64,000 bases of DNA from Candidatus Aminicenantes bacterium (GTDB lineage Bacteria; Acidobacteriota; Aminicenantia; Aminicenantales; JAFGBC01), in the NCBI GenBank assembly GCA_963702005.1, contig OY969696.1:4096001-4160000 (forward strand), in the 5' to 3' direction. Under the pieces are notes generated by a model. The model was not told where the DNA came from. It did not search any database and saw only the letters and a program-made list of their open reading frames with translations. Position numbers and translations under genes: made by a program. Below, piece after piece: positions 9,538 to 19,719 of the stretch (its first letter is position 1; every line of letters starts with the position of its first letter).

Positions 9538-10383
9538 TCAGGGCCGGACGACCCGGCCGGCCAGCTCCTTGAGGAGCTTGAAGGCGGCCGCCGCCGTGAT
9601 CCCGGCCGGGTCCCGAGTCGCATTGAGCTCGACGATGTCGAACCCGACGATTCGGGCCTTGAGGCCTTGGATGATGGCTATGGCCTGCCGCACCGACAGT
9701 CCGCCCGCTTCTCGGTGGGAGACGCCGGGCGCGAAGGCCGGGTCCAGGACGTCCAGGTCAAAGGACACGTAGAGGGGATTGCGGAATTCGAGGATGAGCG
9801 GCTCCCGGAGGTCCTTCATCTCGATCATCCGGACTCCGGCCTTGGCCGCGTTGGCCCTCTGGTCGTTGGAGGCGGCCCGGATCCCGACCTGGACCAAGGT
9901 CTTGGCCAAGCCTTCCTCCATGATCCGCATCATAGGACAGGCGTGGGAGAATCGGTCGCCGTAGAGGTCGGAATAGAGGTCGGGATGGGCGTCGAAATGG
10001 AGGACGTCGAGGGCGGGGTAATGCTTGGACACGGCCCGGACGACATGGAGGGTGATCGAGTGGTCTCCTCCCAGGACGATGGGCACGGCTTTCTTGGCGA
10101 GGATTCGGCCCGTGGCCTGTTCGGTGCGGGCGAAGGTCTTGTCCACGTCCCCCGACGTATCAACATCGCCCAAGTCGACGAGGATCGTGTCGTGTTCCAG
10201 GTCGACGCCGGACTCGGTGCAGGGATTATAGCACTTCCCGGTTGAGGCGGCCCGGATGGCGGCCGGTCCGCCCGCGGCTCCCCGCAGATAGCTGGACTTC
10301 TCGTCGAAGGGGACGCCGATGACGGCCAGCTTGAAATCGGGATGCTCGTCCGCTGATTTAAGCGCGCCTGCGAAATCGGACAT
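9538..10383 (-). CDS. speB: Agmatinase / ureohydrolase
   Basis: GGDHS, DAHPD, SHACP, SFDLDVLDPAFAPGV. Confidence 0.85.
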   Translation of the reverse strand: MSDFAGALKSADEHPDFKLAVIGVPFDEKSSYLRGAAGGPAAIRAASTGKCYNPCTESGVDLEHDTILVDLGDVDTSGDVDKTFARTEQATGRILAKKAVPIVLGGDHSITLHVVRAVSKHYPALDVLHFDAHPDLYSDLYGDRFSHACPMMRIMEEGLAKTLVQVGIRAASNDQRANAAKAGVRMIEMKDLREPLILEFRNPLYVSFDLDVLDPAFAPGVSHREAGGLSVRQAIAIIQGLKARIVGFDIVELNATRDPAGITAAAAFKLLKELAGRVVRP

Positions 10384-10494
10384 GACGGGCCTCCTCGGAG
10401 CCGACGCGAATTCCGTAGTCGGCCCAGATTATACCTAAAACCCTCCCCGGGCGCCATCGGCCCGGCCGGACGGGAAGCATTCATGGACGACGGC

Positions 10495-11733
10495 TCAAGC
10501 GGTCCGCAGCGAAACGGCCGCGAAGCTGACGGCGGACCGGGTCGCCTCTTCGCGCCAGACTCCGTAATTCAAGAGCGTTCCATGAAGGCCCGGGAAAAGC
10601 TCGAGGAGGCAGGCCAGCGTCGAAAACCCGCAGACGTTGGTCCGGTCCCCCGTGCGGCGGGACTCGGCCCAGAACGCCTCGGCGTCGCCGCGGCACAAGG
10701 CATCGAGCAGGGCCCGATCGTGGGCCTCGGCCTCGGGGAGGAGAGACGCGGCCGTCCGGTCATGTCCGAATTTGGGGCCGATATGGGAGAGGTCGACGCC
10801 CGCCACGACCACGGCATCGGCGCCGGCCTCTGAGACGGCCTCCCTGAGACGGCCCAGGAAGCTTCCGACGCCGGGGAGCTCGCCCGCTCGCCGGACGCGT
10901 TCGAGGTCCTCCCGGAACGAACCGCACAGGACCGGGACCAACGAGAATGAAGAGCCGAATAAATGCTGGAGGATAAGAAGCTGGAGCTCGAGGGAATGCT
11001 CATGACGGTGGGCGATGTCCCAGCCCGAAACGGCGCTTCCGCCCGCCTCGCGAAGGCTCCCGACAAGGCGGCGGCTAGTTCCGACGCGCCCCAACGGCGT
11101 TTCGAAATCTTTCTCGGTCAGGCAAAAATAGGCGCCCGCCAGCTGATGGCCCGTCCCCAGGAGAAAGACCGTCCGGGGCGGCCGGAGGCCGAGCGAGCGG
11201 TAGGCCTTGCCGTAGGCCGTCCGCCCGGCCTCGAAATCGATATGGGGCGCCGCGAGAACGCGGAGGCCGGCGCCCGGCTCTTCCCGGTCCGGGACTGAGC
11301 CCGCGTCGAGAATCCCGTCAAGAACGGCCCGGAGCCGGCCGGGATCGGCAGGATAGGCCGAGCCCGCCAGGGCGGCCGTCCGGACCGGCTCGGCCAGATA
11401 GGCGCGCTGGACTTCGTCTTGCGCGGTCCGAAACCCGGGCGAATCAAGGAGCCGGACCTCGTCGAACTCGGCCAGGAGCTTCCGGATGCCGTCGGCGGAG
11501 ACGATCGCTCCCCCCTTCCGGCGGACGAGCTCGAGCTGGATGTCCCGGACGCCCCGCCGCCCGTCGATGAGGCTGAAGAGGAGGAGAGCATCGCCCTGGA
11601 GGACGACGGGCTCGACGATGAGTCCCAGGCCGTCACGGACGATGAGGCTCCGCTTGCCCCCCAGGACGGCGGGGACGATCTCGAGGTCCGGCCTGGGTCC
11701 GGGAACGGGCTGGTCGGGGGCGTTGACTTTCAT
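10495..11733 (-). CDS. amrB: AmmeMemoRadiSam system protein B (MEMO1-like) with N-terminal extension
   Basis: APHID, EHSLELQL, DLSHIGPKFG, NVCG; start taken at MKVNAP (the longer ORF is the antisense shadow of the ferritin gene). Confidence 0.85.
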   Translation of the reverse strand: MKVNAPDQPVPGPRPDLEIVPAVLGGKRSLIVRDGLGLIVEPVVLQGDALLLFSLIDGRRGVRDIQLELVRRKGGAIVSADGIRKLLAEFDEVRLLDSPGFRTAQDEVQRAYLAEPVRTAALAGSAYPADPGRLRAVLDGILDAGSVPDREEPGAGLRVLAAPHIDFEAGRTAYGKAYRSLGLRPPRTVFLLGTGHQLAGAYFCLTEKDFETPLGRVGTSRRLVGSLREAGGSAVSGWDIAHRHEHSLELQLLILQHLFGSSFSLVPVLCGSFREDLERVRRAGELPGVGSFLGRLREAVSEAGADAVVVAGVDLSHIGPKFGHDRTAASLLPEAEAHDRALLDALCRGDAEAFWAESRRTGDRTNVCGFSTLACLLELFPGLHGTLLNYGVWREEATRSAVSFAAVSLRTA

Positions 11734-11793
11734 TTTCAAGGGTCGGAGACTATAATAACCTACTATTTGATCCGGCTGAAACAAGGAGGAGCC

Positions 11794-12774
11794 GTGGAAA
11801 AGATCAAGCGGGTCCAAAGCCGGGATGACGTCCTGCGCTACCTGAATGTCGCCCTCGAGCACGAGTGGGCGGTCAGCTTCGAATATCTTTTTCACGCCTA
11901 CTCCATGGCCAAGGGAAAATTTTTCTACGAGGATCCGATATCGAAGCTGAGGACCGACGTCCGGGCCCAGACGATTCAAATCGGGATCGACGAGATGTAC
12001 CACTCCCTCCAGCTCGGGATCGTCATCGCCCAGATGGGCGGACTCCCTTCGTTCAAGACCGACGAGGTCCTCCGCTACCCCCGCATCCTGGACAACCTCG
12101 GCCGCGACCAGAAGACCGAGGACCTGGTCACCGACCTCTACCAGGGCGTCGCCTTCCCCGAGGGCGAGTTCCCCAAAATCCAGAACATGGTCTGGAACAT
12201 CTCTTACGACGAAGTCCGCCATTCCCGCCAGTTCATCGCCATGATGGACGCCATGCGCGGGGCCGGCCAGGAGGACGCCCTCTGCTTCCCGGCCAACCCC
12301 GAGGCGGCCGCCCGGCCCGAGGTCCGGCTCCTCCACGAGATCACGGTCCTCGAAAACGAGATCATGCACCGCTACCTCAAGCACGTCATCCTGTTCAGCG
12401 AGCACCAAGACCTCAGCCAGCGGCTGTTCAAGAACTCCATCAATCACATGAGACACTGGGATAAGGCCTCGGGCTGCCTGGTCAAGCTCGGCGACGTCAT
12501 CCGGATCGAGAACGCCGTCAAGGACGCGGCCGGCGTCGAGCGCAGCGTCGATCCCATGCCCGCTTTCTATCCCGGGGAGGACCGCCCCTCGGCCCTCAAG
12601 AAGCTGCGGCCGGTCGAAGAAGCGTTGGCCGCCAAGTACGAAGCCGTGATCGGTCTTCTCCCGGACGGCGAGGTCAAGGACCAGCTTCGGCTCCATCTCG
12701 GCCTGACCCGGGAGCACATCTTCACCGTCGAATGGCTATATAAGAACGCCCTCAAGATCAAGGGCGTCTGGTGA
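11794..12774 (+). CDS. Protein with two tandem ferritin-like (diiron four-helix) domains
   Basis: AGGAGG RBS + GTG; LNVALEHE, DEMYH, DEVRH; second repeat ENEIMHRY...NHMRH...REH. Confidence 0.75.
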   Translation: MEKIKRVQSRDDVLRYLNVALEHEWAVSFEYLFHAYSMAKGKFFYEDPISKLRTDVRAQTIQIGIDEMYHSLQLGIVIAQMGGLPSFKTDEVLRYPRILDNLGRDQKTEDLVTDLYQGVAFPEGEFPKIQNMVWNISYDEVRHSRQFIAMMDAMRGAGQEDALCFPANPEAAARPEVRLLHEITVLENEIMHRYLKHVILFSEHQDLSQRLFKNSINHMRHWDKASGCLVKLGDVIRIENAVKDAAGVERSVDPMPAFYPGEDRPSALKKLRPVEEALAAKYEAVIGLLPDGEVKDQLRLHLGLTREHIFTVEWLYKNALKIKGVW

Positions 12775-12802
12775 GCGGCCGAGCCGAGGGAGGCTGTCAG
12801 CC

Positions 12803-13363
12803 ATGAAAAAGGTCACGACCCACATCAAGTCCTTCCAATATTTCTACCCCTACACGGTCGCCGTCGTCGGGGCCAAGTCCGAAAATCGCCTCAACTACAT
12901 GAGCGCGGCCTGGCATACGGCCCTGTCTTTCAACCCGCCCCTGTTCGGGGTCCTGCTCTCCAAGAAGCGCCTGACCCACGAGGTCATCTCCGAGGCGCGC
13001 GAGTTCACGGTCAATTTCCTCGACTATGACCGGGTCAAACTCTCGGCCCAGATGGGCCGGATATCGGGCCACGACCGGGACAAGGTCGCCGAGTTCCAGG
13101 TCAAGCTGGAGCCGGCCAAATTCCTCCGCTCGCCCATCCTGGCGGAGGCTTACGCGGCCTTCGAGTGCAAGCTGACCGACGTCCGCGCCTTCGGCGACCA
13201 CGACCTGTTCGTGGGGGCCGTCATTGCCGTCCACACCGAGGACAAGTCGTTCCGGTCCGACGGCGTCCTCGACACCCGCAAGGTCCAGCCCCTTCTCTAC
13301 CTGGGAAGCGATTTCTACGTCACGATCGACCCCGATACCCTGAAGCACGTCCTTCCCGATTGA
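12803..13363 (+). CDS. Flavin reductase-like protein (DIM6/NTAB family)
   Basis: LSFNPP, FTVNFL, SGHDRDK, FECKL, GDHDLFVG. Confidence 0.9.
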   Translation: MKKVTTHIKSFQYFYPYTVAVVGAKSENRLNYMSAAWHTALSFNPPLFGVLLSKKRLTHEVISEAREFTVNFLDYDRVKLSAQMGRISGHDRDKVAEFQVKLEPAKFLRSPILAEAYAAFECKLTDVRAFGDHDLFVGAVIAVHTEDKSFRSDGVLDTRKVQPLLYLGSDFYVTIDPDTLKHVLPD

Positions 13364-13398
13364 TCCGGGATATCCTCGCGGCCCGGGCACAAGACTTA

Positions 13399-13428
13399 TT
13401 GCACTAACTTAACACATATGTTAAGTTA
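13399..13428 (+). promoter_or_regulatory. abiE promoter with palindromic operator
   Basis: TTGCAC-17-TAAGTT overlapped by a perfect 10-bp inverted repeat TAACTTAACA-CATA-TGTTAAGTTA (13405-13428). Confidence 0.7.
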
Positions 13429-13433
13429 TTGCC

Positions 13434-14066
13434 ATGAATTGGAACGCGTTCCTGACCCGCTTCGCCGACCGGCCGCTCTTTCCATCGTCCCTTCTCCGGG
13501 TCGGCGCCGACGATCCCCGGCTCCTTCAGGTTCAGCTCTCGCGCTGGGTCAGGGCGAAAAAGCTCTCCCAGATCCGGCGCGGCTGGTACCTGATCGAAAA
13601 GCCCTATCGGACGCGCGAGGTGAGCGACGCCGTCATCGCCAACGCCGTCGTCCAGCCGTCCTACCTCTCCCTCGACTGGGCGCTCCAATTCTACGGGCTC
13701 ATCCCAGAGGCGACGTTCCAGCCGACCTCCGTGACCTCGCGCCGCGGCGTTCGGTTCAGGGCGACCGGCCGGCTCTTCATCTACGCCCACGTCGCGCCGG
13801 CCTTCTTCACGGGCTACGCGAGGGTGGAGGCGGCCGGGGAAAAGATCGTCGTCGCCCTCCCCGAAAAGGCCCTGCTCGACAAAATCTACCTTCAGACCCG
13901 GCAAAGCCGCTTTTCGGTCGCCTGGCTCCGGAGCCTTCGCCTCCGGAATCTCCGCGCGCTCGACCCGAGAAAAATGCGTTCCCTCGGCGTCCTTATCCAT
14001 AAGCCCGGTTTTGAGAAGATTTTAAGGGAAACCCTCGACTATATCGCCGCGGAAAGGGAGGGCTGA
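13434..14066 (+). CDS. AbiEi-type antitoxin / transcriptional regulator (type IV TA)
   Basis: LSRWVR..L.QIRRGWY, PSYLSLDWALQFYGLIPE, ALPEKALLD. Confidence 0.85.
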   Translation: MNWNAFLTRFADRPLFPSSLLRVGADDPRLLQVQLSRWVRAKKLSQIRRGWYLIEKPYRTREVSDAVIANAVVQPSYLSLDWALQFYGLIPEATFQPTSVTSRRGVRFRATGRLFIYAHVAPAFFTGYARVEAAGEKIVVALPEKALLDKIYLQTRQSRFSVAWLRSLRLRNLRALDPRKMRSLGVLIHKPGFEKILRETLDYIAAEREG

Positions 14067-14863
14067 TGAAAGATCTCGCGCTCCAGGTCGCCCGCGAAAA
14101 TCCCTCCCGACCGCTGAACGCCCTCCGCGAATACGTCCAGAGCGATCTTCTCTGGGCCCTCCAGAAGACGAAGCTGAACCTGAAGATGTATTTCGTCGGG
14201 GGGACGGCCCTCCGCTTCCTCCATCGACTGCCCCGCTTCTCGGAGGATTTGGATTTCTCGGCCGGCCGGTCCTGGAAGTCGGCGGGGTTCTCCGGCGAAA
14301 TGAGGAAAGTCGAGCGCCAGCTCCGCCTCTCGGGCTATGACGTGTCGCTCCATTTGAACGACGACCGGACGGTTCAGAAAGCGGATTTCCGTTTCCCCGG
14401 CCTTCTGGGCGAGCTGAAACTGGCGCCCCGCAAGGAACAGAAATTCCAGGTTTCGATCGAGGTGGATGTCCATCCGCCCGCCGGCTGGCGGGGAGATCGG
14501 ACGATCGTCAACATCCATCGTCCGATCCTTATCCAGCATTATGACTTGAGGTCCCTGTTTACGGCGAAATTAGCCGCCCTGTGGACAAGAGATTATGCGA
14601 AAGGCCGGGATTATTACGACCTCTTCTGGTACCTGAGCCGCTGGAAGGATCTCAGCCCGGAGCCCGCGCTTCTCGCCAACGCCCTGGCCCAGAAGAAAGG
14701 ATCCTTAAAAAGGATCGATCCCAAAAATTGGAAAGCCTGCCTCCGTGAAACGGTCGAAAAAGCCAAGTGGAAGATCATTGCGGCCGACGTCCTTCCTTTC
14801 CTCGAGCGCCCCGACGACCTCCTCGTATTCACGAAGGACAATCTGCTCCTGTTGCTCGACTGA
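14066..14863 (+). CDS. AbiEii/AbiGii nucleotidyltransferase toxin (type IV TA)
   Basis: FVGGTALR, RFSEDLDF, KLAAL..R, KGRDYYDL; TGATG translational coupling. Confidence 0.9.
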   Translation: MKDLALQVARENPSRPLNALREYVQSDLLWALQKTKLNLKMYFVGGTALRFLHRLPRFSEDLDFSAGRSWKSAGFSGEMRKVERQLRLSGYDVSLHLNDDRTVQKADFRFPGLLGELKLAPRKEQKFQVSIEVDVHPPAGWRGDRTIVNIHRPILIQHYDLRSLFTAKLAALWTRDYAKGRDYYDLFWYLSRWKDLSPEPALLANALAQKKGSLKRIDPKNWKACLRETVEKAKWKIIAADVLPFLERPDDLLVFTKDNLLLLLD

Positions 14864-15010
14864 TCTCATTCAGCAATCCGTTCGGCTCATCTTGGCCAGT
14901 TCAAAAGCCATGTCATTTCTCTCCTCTCTGAAACGTTTTCCGCGATTCGACCCGCCCTTAAGAACAAGTCCGATTTAAGACTTTTTCGGCGATCTTCTTT
15001 TAATATCGCT

Positions 15011-17104
15011 CTAGAAGCCTAAAGCGACAAGGTAGCTGATTTCATAATTCCTTACTTTTTTGTTATCTCCCATTATGCTCAGGACAAATCTTCCTGGTCC
15101 GACTTGCTGCATCAATCCTAATGAAGCTAGTGAGCCTTTCATTCCAGGGTTCTTGTACTGGTTAAAGCTTCCTGTGATGCTTAGTCCTGGCACGAGCTTT
15201 TCAAGGCTTGCATTTGCGCCCAGGCTTAGCGTGGTGAAAGGAGCCATGCCTTTTGCTGTTGTAGCAGTCGTGTATGCTCCTACTACTTGCACCTGGTTGC
15301 CTCCAAGGTCGAACATGCTGCTCAGGCTGAAAGCATTAGCCCTTCTGTCCCTTGAATTGATTGTGTCGTAGCTGAAGCTGATGTTGGCTTTCGGAGTATT
15401 CTTGGCAACTGTTAATCCTAGTGCGTTGTTATGGTTGTTAATATCAAATGTTCCTCTCACTCCAAGGTCAACTCCGAGCTTGCCAATCCTTGTGCTTCCC
15501 TGTGCAGAATAAACTTGTTCTGTAGGCGATAATAGCATTGCAATGGTTGCTCCCTGCTTTCCGTTGGTGAAGTTCATGGCAGCAGAGTTTCTTAATTTTC
15601 CGTCAACAAGCTCTGTTCCTGCTTCTAGCTGCATGTTCTTTCCCTTGTAATCAACATTCAATCTTTTTCCTTTTAATCCTGCCTTCACTCCATTACCCAA
15701 GTCCATAGTCATGTCAACTCCTTGAGTCATTGCATTCAAAGCAGTTGCAGTACTAGACCAAGTCTTAGAGCTCTTTGCAACTTCATAACACATAATGTCC
15801 TTGCCAACAGGAGTGATGTTGCCACTTTTGTCCTCTATTACGTCGCCGCTGTTAGTTCCAGTTCCTGCTAAATCATCAACATCATTAGTAAGCTCATAAA
15901 TCTCATCAATAAAAAAGAATAGCTTGAGTAGGTCAGCTTTGCACAGATCAGGATTAACTCCTGCCCAATCACCATAAGTGCCACCATACCAATGCACTCC
16001 AGGATTTCCATCACAACCTCCATATCCTGCTCCAAACATGGCTCCTGAGTCAACTTTTGTAATGTCGGCGTATTGGACCCATGTTGTGTTGTAAGCGCCC
16101 TTCAAGCGGCTTATAGCATCCAGTAAAGGTTGATCTGGTCCTGTTCTTTCCTCAATGTCCTTGCGGTCATAAGTCATGTTAGGGTTGTAGTACAATTCAC
16201 CCCATCCAGTATATTTTTGAGTGTCAATCAAATCATACCTGCTTCCGCCAGCAGTATTGTTCAATAAAATAATCACGTCATTCTCGCTAGCCTGCGGTGC
16301 TGTGAATGTTACGCTGCCTCCGGATTTGTTAAAAGCAATTAATTCTCCTAGGTGATTATTAACATTAGCCTTCCTAACAATGATGTGGTCCTTAAGTACT
16401 CCTGAGATTCCTGTAATGTTGTTGGCATCTATAGTTACTGAGCTTCCTGCGTCAATATTAGGCTTGGAATAATGAGTAATGTATCCTTGCGTATGATTGT
16501 AAACATCGAACTCAAGGTTAATTTTATTAATCTTAGCAGTTACGGGGGTCTTCTCGTTGAGAAGTTTGTATCCAAGATAGCCTAGGCCTGCTGCTCCTAC
16601 GAGACCTAATACCCACCAGTACCAACTGCTTCCTTTCTTTTCTTCTTCTTTCTTTTTCTGCTCATCCATCATCTTATTGAACTGCGCGACCTTGAGCGCG
16701 TTAGAGTAGAGTTTTTCTGTTTTCTCATCAAGGCCTGTTGTTTTCATTCCGAGGGCTTTTTGCACGCCTACTTCGTTGATGGCCTTGGCAAAGAATTCCA
16801 TTGCCTTCTGCCTGTTCTCGTCGCCTTCTTTCTGGGCGTATTCTGCTCCTTGTTGGATGTAAGATTTATACATCTGCTCCGGCGTGAATAGCCGGCCGAA
16901 CTGATCCGCTTCGGGAAGGATTAGCTTGCTCGCAGCTTTTGAATCATTTGCTTCTTGTTCGTTATTAGTGGCCGCAGCCCTGGCAAGTGTTCCTACTCCT
17001 AGGAATCCTGTCATTAGAAACGCTGCCAGTGTTTTTTGAAAGAATTTGAATTTTGGATTTTCAATGCGGGAAAAAAGGTTCCCTTTGCCCGCCGCTCGAT
17101 TCAT
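15011..17104 (-). CDS. Low-GC secreted/outer-membrane protein of unknown function, probable C-terminal beta-barrel
   Basis: 697-aa ORF with AGGAGG RBS; signal peptide; internal WYWWVLGLVGAAGLGYLGY segment; alternating beta-strand pattern ending YEISYLVALGF. Confidence 0.7.
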   Translation of the reverse strand: MNRAAGKGNLFSRIENPKFKFFQKTLAAFLMTGFLGVGTLARAAATNNEQEANDSKAASKLILPEADQFGRLFTPEQMYKSYIQQGAEYAQKEGDENRQKAMEFFAKAINEVGVQKALGMKTTGLDEKTEKLYSNALKVAQFNKMMDEQKKKEEEKKGSSWYWWVLGLVGAAGLGYLGYKLLNEKTPVTAKINKINLEFDVYNHTQGYITHYSKPNIDAGSSVTIDANNITGISGVLKDHIIVRKANVNNHLGELIAFNKSGGSVTFTAPQASENDVIILLNNTAGGSRYDLIDTQKYTGWGELYYNPNMTYDRKDIEERTGPDQPLLDAISRLKGAYNTTWVQYADITKVDSGAMFGAGYGGCDGNPGVHWYGGTYGDWAGVNPDLCKADLLKLFFFIDEIYELTNDVDDLAGTGTNSGDVIEDKSGNITPVGKDIMCYEVAKSSKTWSSTATALNAMTQGVDMTMDLGNGVKAGLKGKRLNVDYKGKNMQLEAGTELVDGKLRNSAAMNFTNGKQGATIAMLLSPTEQVYSAQGSTRIGKLGVDLGVRGTFDINNHNNALGLTVAKNTPKANISFSYDTINSRDRRANAFSLSSMFDLGGNQVQVVGAYTTATTAKGMAPFTTLSLGANASLEKLVPGLSITGSFNQYKNPGMKGSLASLGLMQQVGPGRFVLSIMGDNKKVRNYEISYLVALGF

Positions 17105-17289
17105 CGGTTCCTCCTCCTGATGCGATCAGAATGAATACCGCCCATAAATCAACCCTTGCCTCGGATTATGCCCGAAGCCGAAACCCAAAGGCAAGGGGCT
17201 GCAATGGATTTCGTCCGTGCACCCCCGAATGACGACACGCCCTCCGCGGTTGTGCTAAGATATAAATTTCGTATCTGGAGGAATGTCAG

Positions 17290-19653
17290 ATGCCGCTTCG
17301 CTTCAAACGCTTGAGCCCGATTCTCCTGCTTTTGCTCATCTCGGCCGCGCCCTTCCCGGCCAGAGCCCAGGCCCAGGATCAGGTCGGCCCGACGATACCG
17401 CCGATCGAGACGTTCATGAAGGGCGAGGATTTCGTCGGACGCGAGCCAACCTCGCCGACCTGGGCGCTCGACGGCAAGACCGTCTACTTCCGATGGAAGA
17501 AGCCGGGCGATCAGAAAGAGGAGATTTATGCCGTTTCGCTGGCTAAGCCGACGCCCCGGCCCGTCAGCGCCGATGAAATCCTCAAGAACCCGCCCGCCCC
17601 GAGACCGGACTCCGCCCGTTCCTATTATTCCTTCGGCGGGCTGGGCCTCGACCTCGAATACGACAAAACGCGGAAGCGGGCCCTGGTCAGCCAAGGCGGC
17701 GCCCTCTGGCTCCTCGAGATCGCTTCCGGGAAGAAGCGGCTGCTGACGGCCGTTGACGAGGGGACGAGTCAGGCCGGCTTCAGCTTCGACGGACAGAAAG
17801 TCTGGTTCCGCTCGGGCGACAACCTGTTCCTGCTTTCGCTCCAAGACGGGAGCCTGCGCCAACTGACCTCGTTCGCGAAAGAGAAGCCGCCGGCCGATCA
17901 GACGCCGGACGAGCTCGAAGCCTGGTACGCCCGGCAGCAGAAAGATCTCTTCAAGGAAATCGGCTCGTCGCGCGGCTGGTCGAGAGGGGACGACAAGTTC
18001 GCCGCCGCCTTCCAGGTCCCCCGCCGCAAGCCGTTCGTCCTCTCCGAGGGGGCGGCGTTGTTCGGGCTCGAGCTGTCTCCCGACGAAAAGTCGGCCCTCT
18101 TCCTCCTCTCCGAGGAAAAACTCGACGCCAAGGAGACCGTCGTCCCCTTTTACGTTACGCAATCGGGATTCACCGAAACGCGGCCCTCGCACTCCAAAGC
18201 CGCCTACCTGGGCCGGCCCGTCAAGGCCGGCCTGATGGACACCGCCTCGGGCGATATCAAATGGATCAACTTCGGGCAGGGCGAGCGGGGCGTTCGCCCC
18301 TCGGGGACCCTCTGGTCGCCGGACGGGACGACCTGCGTCATCGAGGCCTCCTCCGAAGACCGCAAGGACAGCTGGCTGTTCCGCTTGGATCTCGCGACCG
18401 GGACAACCGACGCCATCGAGCGCGTCCACGACGACGCCTGGGCGGGCGAGTACACGCTGGCCAACGTCTTCTGGTGTCCGGACGGCCTCCATCTTTCCTA
18501 CATCTCGGAGAAGGACGGCTTCGCCCATCTTTACAAGATCCCGCTGGCGACAAAGACGCCCGTCCAGCTGACGCGGGGCCGCTTCGAGGTCAGCGAAGCC
18601 CGGCTCTCCAAGGACGGCAAGCGGATATTCCTGACGACGAACGAACAGCACCCGGGCGAGCGTCACCTCTACGTCATGCCGGCCGAGGGAGGTCCTCGGA
18701 CGAGGCTGACCGAGCTCGAAGGCTGGAACGAAACGATTCTCTCGCCCAACGAGTCGGCGCTGGCCGTCCTCCATTCGACGACGACCGAGCCCGCCGAGCT
18801 CTACCTCCAAGCGGCCAAGCCCGGCGCCAAGGCGGTCCGGGTGACCCTCTCGACGACGGACGAGTTCCGGGCCGTCGCCTGGACGAAACCCGAGATCTTG
18901 AGCTTCAAGGCTCGCGACGGCGCCGACGTCTACGCCCGGCTCTACCGGCCCGCGACGCCGGCCCCGGCCGGGCCGGCCGTCATCTTCATCCACGGCGCCG
19001 GCTACCTTCAGAACGCCCACAAGGGTTGGAGCAGCTACTACCGCGAGTTCATGTTCCACGGCTATCTTACTGCTCACGGCTATCACGTCCTGGACGTGGA
19101 CTACCGGGGCAGCGCCGGGTACGGCCGCGATGTCCGGACCGCCATCTATCGCCACATGGGCGGGAAGGACTTGGACGACCTCGTCGACGGGGCCGCTTTC
19201 CTGGTCGCTCGATGCGGCGTCGCTCCGGACCGGATCGGGTGCTATGGAGGGAGCTACGGCGGCTTCCTGACGCTCATGGCCATGTTCAAGGAGCCCGCGA
19301 CGTTCCGGGCCGGGGCCGCCCTCCGTCCCGTGACGGACTGGGCCCACTACCACCCTTACTATACGGTCGACATCCTCAACCTTCCCCAGAAGGATCCCGA
19401 GGCCTATAAACAAAGCTCTCCGATCTATTTCGCCGAGGGGCTCAAGGGCGCGCTCCTCATCTGCCACGGCATGGTCGACACGAACGTCCATTTCCAGGAT
19501 ACGGTCCGGCTCGTCCAGCGTCTCATCGAGCTGGGCAAGGACAACTGGGAGGTCGCCTTCTACCCGGTCGAGGACCACAGCTTCCGGAACGCTTCGTCCT
19601 GGACGGACGAGTACAAACGGATCTTCAAGCTGTTCGAGACGAATCTCAAGTAA
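17290..19653 (+). CDS. S9 family peptidase (DPP IV-like), secreted
   Basis: Signal peptide, propeller region, HGAGY, GGSYGG nucleophile, DTNV, EDHSF. Confidence 0.92.
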   Translation: MPLRFKRLSPILLLLLISAAPFPARAQAQDQVGPTIPPIETFMKGEDFVGREPTSPTWALDGKTVYFRWKKPGDQKEEIYAVSLAKPTPRPVSADEILKNPPAPRPDSARSYYSFGGLGLDLEYDKTRKRALVSQGGALWLLEIASGKKRLLTAVDEGTSQAGFSFDGQKVWFRSGDNLFLLSLQDGSLRQLTSFAKEKPPADQTPDELEAWYARQQKDLFKEIGSSRGWSRGDDKFAAAFQVPRRKPFVLSEGAALFGLELSPDEKSALFLLSEEKLDAKETVVPFYVTQSGFTETRPSHSKAAYLGRPVKAGLMDTASGDIKWINFGQGERGVRPSGTLWSPDGTTCVIEASSEDRKDSWLFRLDLATGTTDAIERVHDDAWAGEYTLANVFWCPDGLHLSYISEKDGFAHLYKIPLATKTPVQLTRGRFEVSEARLSKDGKRIFLTTNEQHPGERHLYVMPAEGGPRTRLTELEGWNETILSPNESALAVLHSTTTEPAELYLQAAKPGAKAVRVTLSTTDEFRAVAWTKPEILSFKARDGADVYARLYRPATPAPAGPAVIFIHGAGYLQNAHKGWSSYYREFMFHGYLTAHGYHVLDVDYRGSAGYGRDVRTAIYRHMGGKDLDDLVDGAAFLVARCGVAPDRIGCYGGSYGGFLTLMAMFKEPATFRAGAALRPVTDWAHYHPYYTVDILNLPQKDPEAYKQSSPIYFAEGLKGALLICHGMVDTNVHFQDTVRLVQRLIELGKDNWEVAFYPVEDHSFRNASSWTDEYKRIFKLFETNLK

Positions 19654-19719
19654 AGAGCACTTCAAGATTTGACCCCGGTTTGTTTTTCCATATAATTGGG
19701 GGTGACCAAGGCGACCGTC

